DNA of 64,000 bases from an uncultured Hormoscilla sp. (GCA_963921275.4 OZ001293.3:5888001-5952000); one strand, 5' to 3'. Shown: positions 1-11,682, counted from the first letter of the stretch. A program made the numbers and translations. The notes: generated by a model not told the origin, from the sequence alone.

Positions 1-241
1 AGATTTGCTTGCTCTAGCCTTGGGTATCTTTCCTAGCGGAGTCACCGGCTTAGGCTGCCAGTTATCCTGCATTTGAGTCCTCGCTTGGCACCACGGCGAT
101 GTTGCTCCGTAGCACTGAGGACCGGTGTCACCCCCGTACCTGGGGGAGGGGAATTTAACCCCCATGATGATCAGAGTTATCTGGCTAATGGAACCAGACC
201 CGACTTTCACCATTACTGGTTTACGCCGGAACGAATCGCAC
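1..241 (-). mobile_element. Group II intron, 5' part (domain I), inserted in recJ; runs off the window
   Basis: The minus strand begins GTGCGATTCGTT at 241 and is colinear with the 5' part of the complete copy at 43359-44229. Confidence 0.9.
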
Positions 242-423
242 AATCTGGATCTAAATATACTTTGGCTTCTGCTGGCGTCTGAATGCCGCGATTAATCAGC
301 ACTTGGGCTAGCAGGGGTGGGAGTCCCGTTGCTTGGGCTAACTGGTGGATCTTGCTTGGCAAGATCGGATATATGTGCCATCGCTGGTTGGGGAGGTGAA
401 ATGATCTGCTGTCTTTTACATGC
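242..423 (-). CDS. recJ: ssDNA exonuclease RecJ, 5' exon
   Basis: LPNQRW..LAQATGLPPLLAQVLINRGIQTPAEAKVYLDPD resembles the cyanobacterial RecJ N-terminus. Similarity stops at the intron start. Confidence 0.75.
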
Positions 424-628
424 ATCGAAGCTTCCTCAAATTTACAGTTTACCACTAATTGCTAATTGCTAATTGTTCATTGCTAATTGCTAATGGACAT
501 GAATATGAGTTTTTGCTTCCCTAAGGATCCCTCACCCTTTAGGATTCTGTTGGCGAAGGTCGGGGATTACCCCCTGGTCAGCAGCTCCAACTGCTGACCG
601 CATGAGGTCCTAGACTAGTAAAAGGAGA

Positions 629-1320
629 GGCTCTTCTCAATCTAGTATGCTAGATTGAGGCTAAAAGCACCAGGAAAGGAGACTACGCAAGCGAAAATTT
701 TCCAGATTTCTGAATCCATATCCCTTACGTTTGATTAACTTGAGACGGTTATTTATTCCTGACACAGTCCCTTGAGTTTTCCCCGATTCATTATCACCTA
801 CAATTTCTCCGAACCATCTAATAATTGTCTTCACACGAGAAAATCCTCTCTTGCCTCTAGGATCCAATCGAGGATTTGTAAGGTAGGATTTTCCGACTTT
901 TTGGACCTCTCATATATGTAGCTGATCCTCGGTACATTTTTCCCAATTTGGGAATTTTTTCTTGAATTTATTTCAGCTTAATTTCTTATTTTTTTTTTAA
1001 GCTTTCTTAATTTTTATGAGCTTTATTTTTATTTAATACTGATGATATTTATTTTTTTTCTGACTTTAAGTTTTTTAGCTTCATTCTTGATTTGTTTTCG
1101 ACAATTATCTAGCTCTTCATTTACTTGCTTAGTCAGGTGAAAATGGTCAGCTATAACTTCAGTATTAGGCATCAATTCTTCCACTAAACTTTGATACGGT
1201 TTCCACATACTCACTTCTTCAATACCATTCAACACCTCGGGACCCCATGATAGCAAGAATTCTCGCAGATATTCTTGTCGCCGAGACTTCACTATTTCCA
1301 GAAGTTTGATCGCCATACTA
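629..1320 (-). mobile_element. ISL3-family transposase remnant (frameshifted)
   Basis: ADHFHLTKQVNEELD and GINNRLKLIKRKGYGFRNLENFRLR motifs occur in broken frames. Confidence 0.85.
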
Positions 1321-1339
1321 GGCTCTCTGCTACAAAAGC

Positions 1340-1520
1340 CTATTGCTGCACCCAAACTTGTCGCAGAATTTCTACCCTATCCAGCCCTTGTAACTTTTGA
1401 GTAGTTGCCCAGTTATAAATAGCCTCTAAAATTAAGTGTCCGTCTGCACCAATGGCTAGGGCTAATTCCTCTTGTTCTTTTTCTCTATGGCTGCGCCACG
1501 CTGCGCGATTGGGTAATCGA
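1340..1520 (-). mobile_element. IS1182-like transposase fragment
   Basis: YRLP..ALAIGADGHLILEAIY..VEILRQVWVQQ. Confidence 0.6.
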
Positions 1521-2514
1521 TATTGCATTACGCAAATACATTAGGACATTCTCGAAAGGCAGCATCAATGCAGTCTTGGAAATTCTCAAATTCCTTTATC
1601 CTTTGTTTCATCCAATTCTTGAGAACAAACCACCAATGCTCTCTTTTATTAAGATCGGGAGAAGAGGTTGGTAAGTATAACAGCTCGCATCCAGCCGACT
1701 CAATTAGTTCCCTAACGAATATTGACTTATGAAAACTTGCATTTTCAATAATAACTACATTTCCCTCCTCAAGTTGAGAGATTAAACAGAATTCTACCCA
1801 AAATTCAAATAAATCCTTGTTACAACCTCCACTAAATACTAAAGGAGCAAAGACCTTATCTTCTCTCTGCGCCGCTATCCAACTGACTCTCTCGGTTCGT
1901 TTTCCGGATTTTATTGCGTAAAATCTTTCTCCTCGGATCGCAGTAATCATAGGGGTATTCTTCTCTGTTATCTATTCCTGCGATGTCTCCGGAGAGCGCT
2001 AATCGCACTACTCCTGAGACATCGCCTCATCAACGTATATTCTCTTATTTTTTTCGAGATTATCTAGTTTTCGCAAAAACTCTTGACGTTTTTCTTCATC
2101 TCTTTCCCGATATCCATAGGTCTTTTTTTTTCTGCTTATCCCTAACCAAAGCATGGTTCTACTAATATTTGGTTGCGTAACACAATATGGCCATCTCTTT
2201 TTGAGTTTTATCTCCATGCTCCTTTCTAAACGCACGAAACTTTTCTTGATTGTTGATTTTGGGTTGAGGATCTTTGCGACTGGCTGTTTTAGCCTGAAAA
2301 TTTCCAGTCTCAGCCTCTCTTTTCAACCAAAGGTCCAGAGTCTTCCTGCTAATATTGAGTTTTCGACATATGTTTGTTTTTCGTTCACCTCGTTTATAAG
2401 CTTCGATTGCCTTTTTCCGAAAATCATAGCTGTAAGGGGCCGGCATTATTATTCTCCTCGAATCGGTCTTCTTGTTTTACATTATACGTCCTAAGCTGCT
2501 TTGGTAGTGCTATA
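1521..2514 (-). mobile_element. IS630-family element, transposase fragmented
   Basis: MPAPYSYDFRKK HTH; YVDEA|GIDN split by a 44-nt palindromic insert; LYLPTSSPDLN. Imperfect TA-ended TIRs (TATTGCATTACGC.. / ..GGTAGTGCTATA). Confidence 0.85.
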
Positions 2515-2996
2515 TAAGAACTACTTTCTCCTGAGATTTCCTACTATCACCGACCTACGTCTGCGTATCCTAGGCATTACCCCAGACATTTGCTTCTTAG
2601 GCCATGCCTCCCCACCTGGACATACGCTTCACATCTGGTTGGTCCCTAGGGACAGTACCACGGGGGTTACTTCGTTCCCAAACGTCATATCTCGATGTCT
2701 TTAGGTCTCCTCTCTAAGCTGGCAGTTGTTTGTGTACAAAACTAATGAAAGCTAAGCATCAGTCCTAACTGCTTGCACTTTTGTGCCCGGTGTATCAGCC
2801 TTATTTCACCGGTTTTTTCTTACGACCCTTACAAGGATTTGCCTGTTCTAACCATGGACATCTTTCCTAGCGGCGTTACCTCCTCAGGGCTGGAAGCTAT
2901 CCTACATTTACCCTCGCTCAGCACCATGGTGATGTTGCTCCACAGCACCGATTTTTCCGGAACGGTGGGCCAATGTCACCCCTGTACATGGGGGAA

Positions 2997-5755
2997 ATTA
3001 GGGGTCGAGCTGGGAATCGCTCCCCAACCCTCCCATTCGGAACCTAAAGAGCGACTTTCATCGCACACGGCTACTGGGTATCAGGCCCGTTGTCATAGGT
3101 AGCCTTACTGGGGATTACTCCTGTTGGCCCTTACTACTTGTGATTTAGCCCCTTTCCTGGTTAACCAGTAACTCATTCCTCGATTACATTTGTAACGGGC
3201 TTATGATCTTTTGGGTTTACTCTCACCAGTAGTATCCTGATATCACCGACCCGCGTCTGCATATCCTGAGCATTACCCCAGGCTTTAGCTTCTCGGGCCA
3301 TCTCTCCCTTCATGCCTTGCGCTTCACATCTGACTGGTCCAGTAGGACAGAACACGAAGGGTTACTTCGTTCCCTGGTATCATTTCACGATGCCTTTAGG
3401 CCCCTACTTTTCCCCGGCAGTTATTTGGGTACAATGTTAGCCAATTCCCTAACTAACACTAACTGCATTAACTTTTGTTCCAGCGCATTAAGCCTTATTT
3501 CGCTGGTTGGGTTTAACGAGGTTTACATAGGTTCGCCTGTTCTAGCCATGGACATCATCGAGCGCGTCCTCACCGGTAAGGGCTACCAGTTATCCTACAT
3601 TTGAGTTCTCGCTTAGCACCACGACGATGTTATTTCGCAGCACCTCCAACCGGTGTTACCCCCGTACCTGGGGCTATGCCTTACTCACATATTTCTTAAC
3701 AATTGTAGCAACAGTCACGATTGGCAAATATGAGTCTATTGTTTTTTCAATAAAACCTATATATTATCAATAAGCCCGCCATTGAATTGAATATCTGGTG
3801 AAGAGTCAGCTCCTTTTTTGTTTGAGCACAAGTCTTTTGAGTAATTGTACCAGTTCACCACAAGAAATTCTTCTATAAAGTTGTGAACTGGCACGGTTCA
3901 TTCAGTTCTACTTCCGGCGCTCAATTGTCAGATAAGGACCGGACTATTGACGACCGTCCGGGCGAGAGAGCGAATTTACACTTATGGAGTTAAACATACT
4001 TTTTCATATTTTGGGACAGAGGCGAATCTAGAGAATCGCTTGAGCTAGAATTCAAGTATCAGCTATGTCATGCAAGCGTCGTAACCCTTGCCAAATAGTT
4101 TTCACCCCTGGTTCACCATCCCGTTTTCGTCCTAAAAAACCACCTAATTTAGCAATCCAATGAATACAAGTCTTTATTGTTGGCGTCGCCTCTAGTGGTG
4201 TCAAAGTTTTATTTATCGTGCAGTAAAGAGCTTGCTACTCATGGGTTTCTAAAATACTATCTGCTGGGGCCTCCGGGTTGTAACGAGCTTCATAAGTAAG
4301 CCACAATAATCGCCATGCCACGATTGTATAAGTGGCTAAAGCCCTTTCAATGCGATCTGCTGTTTCTAGTTGTAGTTGTTCTTTTCGACAACCACTTTTT
4401 AGGACATAATGATAACGTTCAATTAACCAACGATAGCTATACCAACGCAGGCACCACGTCATCAAAGCCAGTAATCGTCAGCGTCGTTAACAACAACCAG
4501 CTAACCCGGTCAACTCCAGAAGGTGGATGCTCTTCTTCTGCCAGAATTACTTGTATTTTAATTGGCTTTAATGATTTGTAGTGAATATGTGTTTTGGGTG
4601 GTTGAATCTCTACCGAAGTGCTACCCAGGGTTAAGGTTGCTTCGCGAGCCTTTCTCTCGGGATTTTTTGATAATTCTATCGTCACAACTCCTACGGGAGA
4701 AACTTTGTAGATAGCTGATTCTAATTTCTCTACTTCCTCTGAATCAACTGATTTTACAGAACGGTTCTAATAAGCGCGAATTAGAAGCATGCTCTGAATT
4801 CTCAGAGCGAGGCAAGGCCAAAAAATCATAAATATCTGCCTCCCGATCCGCCACTGTCACCACTGTAACATCTGATGGTATCACTGCTTCCGTTGCCGAT
4901 AGCGAGTCCAGCCACCGCTGGCTTTCTTTATCTTTTGTTTCTATGAATCTGTCGAGAATGCTTCTTGCCAATATCAGAAATATCCCGTGCCCTGCTGATT
5001 TAACACTCAAGGGCGGTACTCCTGTCCCACTGGTACAAAAAACCGAGTGAACTTTTAGTTCTCGACTGGTTCTACAATTCCATTTGCCCCATTCCTTTTT
5101 TACTGGGATGGTGCGTAAAATTTAGTTCGGTGGTGTCCTGAATTGCTAAAATCGTTTCATGTTGTTTGACTCGGGAGAGCGTACTTTGTTGGTGGCAATC
5201 GCGAATCGCTTCCGCTTGAATCTGTGGATTTGCCCAAAAGTCATTTGTGCTTGGGTCCCTGCCCAATCTCCACAAGCTTGTGGTACCGTAGCATTGGGTT
5301 GTTCTGCTAAATCTGATACAATTTTTACCAGTATGAATGTGGCGACGGCGATCGCCCAAATCAGCAGATTTTAGTTCTTCTGCGGCCCAAGACTTCATAT
5401 TTTTCTGTCCATGGATAATTTTTGCTCTTCGTGCTCTCTACAATATTAGCAACGCCAGAAGCAAGAGTCGTTTTATTTAATCATTATTTTACTTTTTAGC
5501 ACTGGCGAGGGTTCCGACAGCGCGTAGCGCATTTCGTATCGGACTATATATTAACTTAGTGGAAGTATATTGTTAACTTTTTTGAAGCAATTGTACTCAA
5601 ATCAAGACGGTGTAAGGATTTCAGATTGTTAAGAAATATGTGAGTAAAGCATAGGTACCTGGGGAGGGGGAATTAAACCCCCATGATTACCAGAGTTCCT
5701 AGTTTCCTAGGCCAGCGTTCCGTATATGACTACGTTAGGCTGGAACTCATCGCAC
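2997..5755 (-). mobile_element. Inner ORF-less group II intron (twintron), interrupted by IS4
   Basis: 5' GTGCGATGAGTT at 5755. Domain V (AGCCGTGTGCGATGAAAGTCGC) and domain VI end ..CTCGACCCCTAAT at 2997. EBS1 at 3443-3449 matches the flank GATTCCC. Confidence 0.92.
3674..5654 (-). mobile_element. IS4-family (IS50/Tn5-like) element, transposase frameshifted
   Basis: ~30-bp TIRs CTATGC(C/T)TTACTCACATATTTCTTAACAAT; 10-bp TSD GTACCTGGGG at 3664-3673 and 5655-5664; motifs IQDTTELNF, VADREADIY, YSYRWLIERYHYVLKSGC. Confidence 0.95.
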
Positions 5756-5840
5756 GGGAATCTAACCCTCATAACGTCTGAGTTGTGGGTTGCCCCACCC
5801 GACTTTCCTGATTTCTCAGTTACGCCGGAACGAATCGCAC

Positions 5841-7207
5841 TAACTTCCATAAAATAGCCGGGCGGGAAACTCCTAAAGCCGCTGCTGCTCGACGATAGTC
5901 ATCGGGAACGCTTTGAAACCCTTCTTGGGTAGATCGAATCAAAATCGGGAGTACCATACAGGCGAGGGTTAGCCCTCCTGAAAGAATCGAAAAACCCATC
6001 CCGAGGGTTTTACAAAAGAAGGCATTGCCAAATAATCCGAAGACAATTGAAGGAGTACCGGCTAATAGATTTAGACTCTGACTTACCCACCGCCCGAACC
6101 AACTAGACTTCTCCAAAATATAAATTTTGGCTATAATAAACTTTGAAAATTTAATTTAGTGTCAATAAGTATGAGTTTAGATTTAAACTAGACAGTTTCA
6201 ATGTTTCAATTGGTAAATTAACAAATGCTTTTGAGCAGCTAGTTTATAAGCTCAATATTATTGAGCTTCAAAGCGCAAGTCCGTTGGCTGAAAGGCAATC
6301 ACAGTGCGGTATCCCCCCTTTTGTGCGAGTTCGGTATCCCCTGGGTAGTGCGACTAGCGCTCCCAGGGGATACCGAAAGCTCCCGGGGGATACCGCCAAA
6401 GTTTCAGCTTTTTTCATAGCTCTCGCAGGTTAGAAGGGAGTACATCAGGAGTGAGTCAGTTATTGCTCCAAGTTGTAACCGAGAACTAATTTTCGTGTCA
6501 ATTTTAGGCATATTAGAATCTGGGTATTGCTCTGAAAAATTTGAGCTTAATTAATTCTACTTAGGGGCGCTTTTTTAACAGGAAATCCATCAAACCCTTA
6601 TGATTTCGTACAGGTAACATATGTGAGAATGTGAGGTGGGGCTTGAAACTCATAGCTAGCAAGGGTTTCATTCTCGGAGAGGTCTACTTTCTTTCACGGT
6701 AAATTCGGCCAATAAAATTGCCGTCCCCAATCGCTACCGTCATACAAACTCCCAGAATTAATCCCGTTGATACCAGAATGGGGGCAATTCCTCCCCCGCG
6801 ACCGGCTATCGGGTGATAAATTACCAATTTACCAGACTCCATCCCTGCCAGAATATATCGCTCAACAGCCACAATAACCTACATTTTGCACTACAAAATG
6901 TAGGATGTAATGATTACAAGAGCTTGGTGATGAAAGCGAACCTAAAAGCTCATATCCGTATAAATATTTATACGTTATGTTCGACAAATTGCCAGGCGGT
7001 GTCTCCGGAGGGGACACCGATATATTACGTATTACAAAATGTCGTGCAATGGCAATCGTATCGAGTAATTACATATTACTTATCATATTACAATTTGTCG
7101 TACGGAATATGGGACAATAATATTCCACTCACTCCCAGGACCACTGCCCAAATTAAACCGGTGGCGATCGCCTCTTTTTGATTAAGCTTAAACCTTACCT
7201 CAGTCAT
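5841..7207 (-). pseudogene. pstA: Phosphate ABC transporter permease PstA, shattered
   Basis: Fragments MTEVRF..GLIWAVV, LWLLSDIFWQG, AGRGGGIAPILVST, LAEFTVKES|WFGR..LAGTPSIVFGLFG..MVLPILIRST are separated by insertions. The 3' exon is absent. Confidence 0.85.
6105..6685. mobile_element. Non-autonomous IS derivative/MITE in pstA
   Basis: Ends AGACTTCTCC / GGAGAGGTCT with a 3-bp TSD ACT. Removing it restores the frame KESWFG. Confidence 0.75.
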
Positions 7208-7383
7208 AAATATGTCCTCGATTTATCACTTCGGCGATCGCCACCAGCAGCAGCACCATTGCCATTAATATCAGACCGCTGACAAATAAAGCCCCCTGAT
7301 GATTTCCCATAGCATATGCCATTTCTAGAGCAATATTTGCCGTCAAGGTCCGCACCGGTGCAAAAATATTGTTAGGGATTTTC
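7203..7383 (-). pseudogene. pstC: Phosphate ABC transporter permease PstC, C-terminal fragment
   Basis: IPNNIFAPVRTLTANIALEMAYAMGNHQGALFVSGLILM; its stop overlaps the pstA ATG. Confidence 0.85.
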
Positions 7384-7437
7384 CGTTTGAAAAGACTTGT
7401 CTAGTTTGCGATCGGCGCAAAGTTTTTGAATGAAAAC

Positions 7438-7551
7438 GGCGTTGCACTTCGGACGGGATGATAGACATAGTTGCAAATAGTTTTAAACCTAGACTACAAG
7501 CGACTTTCAGTTATGTGCAAAAAGAGTATCATCCCCAAAATGTGCAACGCC
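7438..7551. mobile_element. MITE
   Basis: TIR GGCGTTGCAC..GGGATGA / TCATCCC..GTGCAACGCC. Confidence 0.6.
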
Positions 7552-7980
7552 TGGAAAACGTCTGATGGAGCTGACGACCATGAGATCCTTGCAGTTTAAG
7601 GATTTCTCCTTTTTGAGTATGATTTTGAGTATTTTGAATATGACGAAGACCTGAGAAATTATACTTATCTTGCCGCCGCGCAGATCTAGGCGATACGCCG
7701 AGCATAGAGGGAGCTAAGTACATACGCGCAGTTGCAGTACGTCACTTTTCAGTATCTAGAGTATATAAAGGGTCATAACCAGCGATCACTATCGTCACCT
7801 CGCAGCTGCTCGCCTCAGCACTGGCTTCACCTCATGCCCGATCGCCTTCGCCACCATGTTGCACTCTTCAGGTGTACAGAGTTGCTGTGTCCCTTGACAG
7901 GCATGAGACGATAGTATCTCATGACGTACAGCTGGTTGCTGTGTCTGGGGAACGGTACTTTTTTCTTCTGTGGGTAGCTA

Positions 7981-8877
7981 GGGCGTGTCATCAGTTAAGC
8001 CAAACAACAGTAGCAGCCAGGTAGATAGCACCCAAGAAATTCTGAGCCCTCTTATCGTAACGGGTGGCAATGGCTCGATATTGCTTGAGTTTGGCAAAAA
8101 AATTCTCAATCAAATGACGTGCTTTGTATAGATATTTGTCATAACGGCGTTGTTCTTTTCGATTGGATTTAGGCGGAATCACAGGTTCGCATTGCTGGGC
8201 TTCAAGACGTTTCAAAACCCGTTCGTCAGCATCAGAAGCTTTGTCTGCGAGTAACGCATCAGCCTTAATATTATCAAGTAACACATCAGCCCCTTCCAAA
8301 TCGTGAGCTTGACCGGCTGTTAAATGAAAACCCGTTGGGTTCCCCAATGCGTCACAGGTCGCGTGAATTTTGGTACTCAAACCCCCTTTACGGCGTCCGA
8401 TGGCTTGGTCGCAATCTTTTTTTTTTGAGCACCTGCACTATGTTGATGAGCCCTTTATATCGTGGCATCAATCATCGCATATTCGTTATCGGCATCGGAC
8501 GCAAGTACCTTGAATACTCTTTCCCATACCCCGGATTTTGACCACCTACTATGGCGCGTATGAATTACCCTCAAGTCCCCAAATCGCTCGGGTAAGTCCC
8601 GCCAAGGTATCCCAGCTCTATATCGATACAAGACAGCATAGACAAATAAGCGGTTATCCTTAGCTGTCCCCCCCACATAACCCTCCCGACCTGGCAATAG
8701 GTCCCTGATTCTCTCTCACTGGTCATCTCTTAAAGCATAGCGACGCATTTCTCAAATTCTCCTGCTCTAACCTTTACCCTCTTAGATCACACCAATATAT
8801 CCTGGTTGTCAACTCAATCATCTGGTTATATATTTTTGGTGGGGACCCATATCGTTAATCTAACTGATGACACGCCC
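7981..8877 (-). mobile_element. IS5-family element (two-ORF transposase, premature stops in orfA)
   Basis: TIR GGGCGTGTCATCAGTTA in CTAG context; PWRDLPERFG, ARHLIENFFAKLKQYRAIATRYDK; A-run slippery site near 8420. Confidence 0.92.
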
Positions 8878-8998
8878 TAGCTAGGTTTACCAACGATGTA
8901 AAGTTCTGACTTGCTACGGGTTAATGCTACGTACAGCAAGTTGTCTTCCTGCTCTTCCTGCCAAGGCTTGATGTTTCGCCAAGACATAGGCATGTCCC

Positions 8999-9126
8999 CA
9001 GGGCAAACGCATCTTATTTTTGAAACGCTTACAGGACAAGGGTTTGAGCATCTAGAGTATTTATACTTATATAATTCCAGAATGCTTACTGGGAAAGGCT
9101 TCCAGGATTTAGATGCGTTTTCCCTG
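8999..9126. mobile_element. 128-bp MITE (ISAs1-like ends)
   Basis: TIR CAGGG(C/A)AAACGCATCT; 10-bp TSD GGCATGTCCC at 8989-8998 and 9127-9136. Confidence 0.85.
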
Positions 9127-9863
9127 GGCATGTCCCCAGTCTTGTACAGGAAAATGCCATCGGCCTCCAATCCCTTGGCCCGATGGCACGTACATTTGCT
9201 CAATTCCAACTGGACAGCATTTAAGTCTTGGCATTCATCGACTAAGACGAACTCATAGGAATTGAAAGATCTATTTAGTCTTAACTCCCATTTGACGGGA
9301 AGCCATATCATGTCGGTAAAGTCAAAGCTTCTCTTGCGATTCGCCAAACCTTCTCCCACGGACAAGACAGAGGCGACCGCCTCGGCTACACGGCCAAAAT
9401 CCCAAATATCAGCAAGCTCACTCCGGACTGCAAATGCTCATCACTGAATACTCCGTCGGCTTTAAGTTAGTCAACCTGACAAGGTCTACCAACTTAAAGA
9501 AGTCCCCAGCCTTGTCTAGAGCCCCTTCAAGTTCAGCGAGTTGGCCACGGACTATCAACCCCAAGTTTTTGCTAATGTCTTTGTACTTGCTTGAATCGAG
9601 CAAGCTCCTGGGATTTCGGATCGACAGATGGGAGCGTAGTAACGACCACCCGGCGATGTCTCCTGTGTGCCGTTCGCTTCGCGTGGCGCAGCCATGTCCC
9701 CTGGGACAAGAGCACAAAGGAGATATCGAAGCTGTGAAGAGTGCTGATGCTCTTGGTCCACTGTGGACCCAAGCTAGAGATTAACTGATTCGCGTTGGCT
9801 TTCCCGAATACAATAATCTTAATGTTGCGGGGCTTAATGCCATCAGCCTCTAAAGCTTGGGCT

Positions 9864-10766
9864 GGTCGGGGTCGAGCTGTCCCTCACGGGACAACCCTCC
9901 CATTCGGAACCTGAAGAGCGACTTTCACCGCACACGGCTACTGGTTGATAAGCTGTTGTCATAAGCAGGATTACTCTGGGTTACCCCCTTTGTCCCTCGT
10001 CCCATGAAATTTTGCCCCTTATGGTCAGTCGATGAACCGTTAACTACCTAACTCCGGAAGGTTTGCGGGGGTGAACCAGTAAACCATTAAGTTTGCTCTT
10101 TACTTACATCTCCCCTGTATTTGGGGCCCTGAGTTTTTACCCGGTTAGGATTTAATCCACCATTAATCCCTAGGATTTCTCCTGGTTTATTACATTCAAA
10201 AGCTACTTTTTCCCAGAACATCTTACCATATCCGTCCGACGTCAGCTTATCCACAGGTATTACCCTGGGCTTTTGCTTCTTAGGACATCCCTCCCCTCGT
10301 GGCTTGCGTTTTACATCTAACTGGTCCAAATGAGGACAGCCCACAAGAGGTTACTTCGTTCCCTGGTATCATTTCACGATGCTTTTAGGTTCCTACTATC
10401 CTCCGGGAGTTCTTCGAGCACGATGCTAGCCAGATGATACAACTAGCACTAACTACCATTTCCCTTTTGGGCCAGCGTATTAGCCTTATTCCGCTGGTTT
10501 AAAGTAACGAAGTTTACACAGGTTCGCTTGTTCTAACCATGAGCATCTAACAAGCGCGGTGTCACCGGCTTAGGCTGCCAGCTATCCTACATTTAAGTCC
10601 TTGCTTCGCACCACAGCGATGTGACTCTATAGCACTAAGGACCGGTAGTACCCTCGACCCCCGTAGCTGAGGAGAGGGAATTTAACCCCCATGATAACCA
10701 GAGTTTCTGGCAAATGAAACCAGACAGACTTTCACCGTTACCGATTTACGCCTGAACGAATCGCAC
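9864..10766 (-). mobile_element. Complete ORF-less group II intron (903 nt) in the helicase gene
   Basis: GTGCGATTCGTT start at 10766; DV/DVI end CTCGACCCCGACC. Removal gives the in-frame TTLKMV-AQALEADG..IVFGKANA. EBS1 is at 10432-10438. Confidence 0.93.
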
Positions 10767-10988
10767 ACCATCTTCAAGGTTGTTGACTTCCCGCTGCCTG
10801 CAACCGCATTGCAACAAGCGCTACCCGACCCAAAGCGGGCCCATGAGATTATGGTTTTCTGGTATTTTGACGCTTTCCAGAAAGCCACCTCACTTCTTTT
10901 TATTATACTGTAGGCAAATCGTCATTTGAGTAGGGTGGGCAATGCCCATCTTACCATATTACCCTGTGCTAATCTGTAATTAACACTA

Positions 10989-11682
10989 ATGTCACGGGAA
11001 AAATATAAAATTGCTATGCATTACTCAACCCTAGCTACGCGCCACCCAGCTAATACCCTACCCCAATGGCAACCCGCCACCTGGTCGGAATATTTAGCAG
11101 ATCGTGACGAGCCGAATTTGGAGAGAGTTAAGCTGTTTTTTAATGAAGGATATCTTTTAATCGAAATGGGAGCAGAAGGAATTAATCACGCGATCGTCTG
11201 TAACTTATTTCCGATCCTGTTTTTTCTCTGGTTCAGTCGCACTCCCGAGCAGAGGTTTAAATGTATGGGGCGCTGTCAACTGGAAAAGCTAAACCAACAA
11301 GCAGCAGCACCAGACCAAGTTCTCTATATTGGAGAAGGTGCTCCTAGCTATTCAAAAGGAACCACGTCGTATCGACTTGAGAAAATGGCGGGTTCCCGAT
11401 CTGGTGGGAGAAATTACTGATACTACTTTAGCAACTGACTTGCAAGAGAAAAAGCAGCTTTATGCCGAGCTGAAAATTCCTGAATATTGGGTGAGTGATG
11501 TTAAGAAAAAACAGGTGTTAGCGTTTCGCTTGCACTCTGATGGCAAGTATCAGCCCTGCGAATATTCTGTAGCCCTTGAGGGTTTGCCAATCTCTTTGTT
11601 AGAGGATACTTTAGAACAGTTAAGTCAGGGAGATCATGTGAGTGCGGCTCTCTGGTTCTCTCAACGGATCGTTAATCTGTAA
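10989..11682 (+). pseudogene. Uma2-family endonuclease, frameshifted
   Basis: PDQVLYIG and PDLVGEITDTTLATD..KKQLYAELKIPEYWV lie in two frames; the shift is near 11350. Confidence 0.85.

Larger units (their letters stand above)
2515..5840 (-). mobile_element. Outer group II intron (3'-truncated by IS630), inserted in pstA
   Basis: GTGCGATTCGTT at 5840. Segments 5840-5756 and 2996-~2515 join into a sequence colinear with the other copies. EBS1 at 2748-2754 pairs with the pstA exon end GAAGTTA. Confidence 0.88.
8881..10888 (-). pseudogene. UvrD/Rep-like SF1 helicase interrupted by an intron, a MITE, frameshifts and a deletion
   Basis: AVAGSGKSTT (Walker A), STLHS, VLVDECQDLN, TCHRAKGLE, NLLYVALTRSK. 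Confidence 0.88.

Noticed and set aside
2501..3604. Short ORFs within the intron copies (also 73-282 and 10087-10344)
   Set aside because: They are chance frames in ribozyme sequence with no RT or maturase motifs.
7560..7975. Possible gene remnant between the MITE and IS5
   Set aside because: No recognisable motif or sustained frame.
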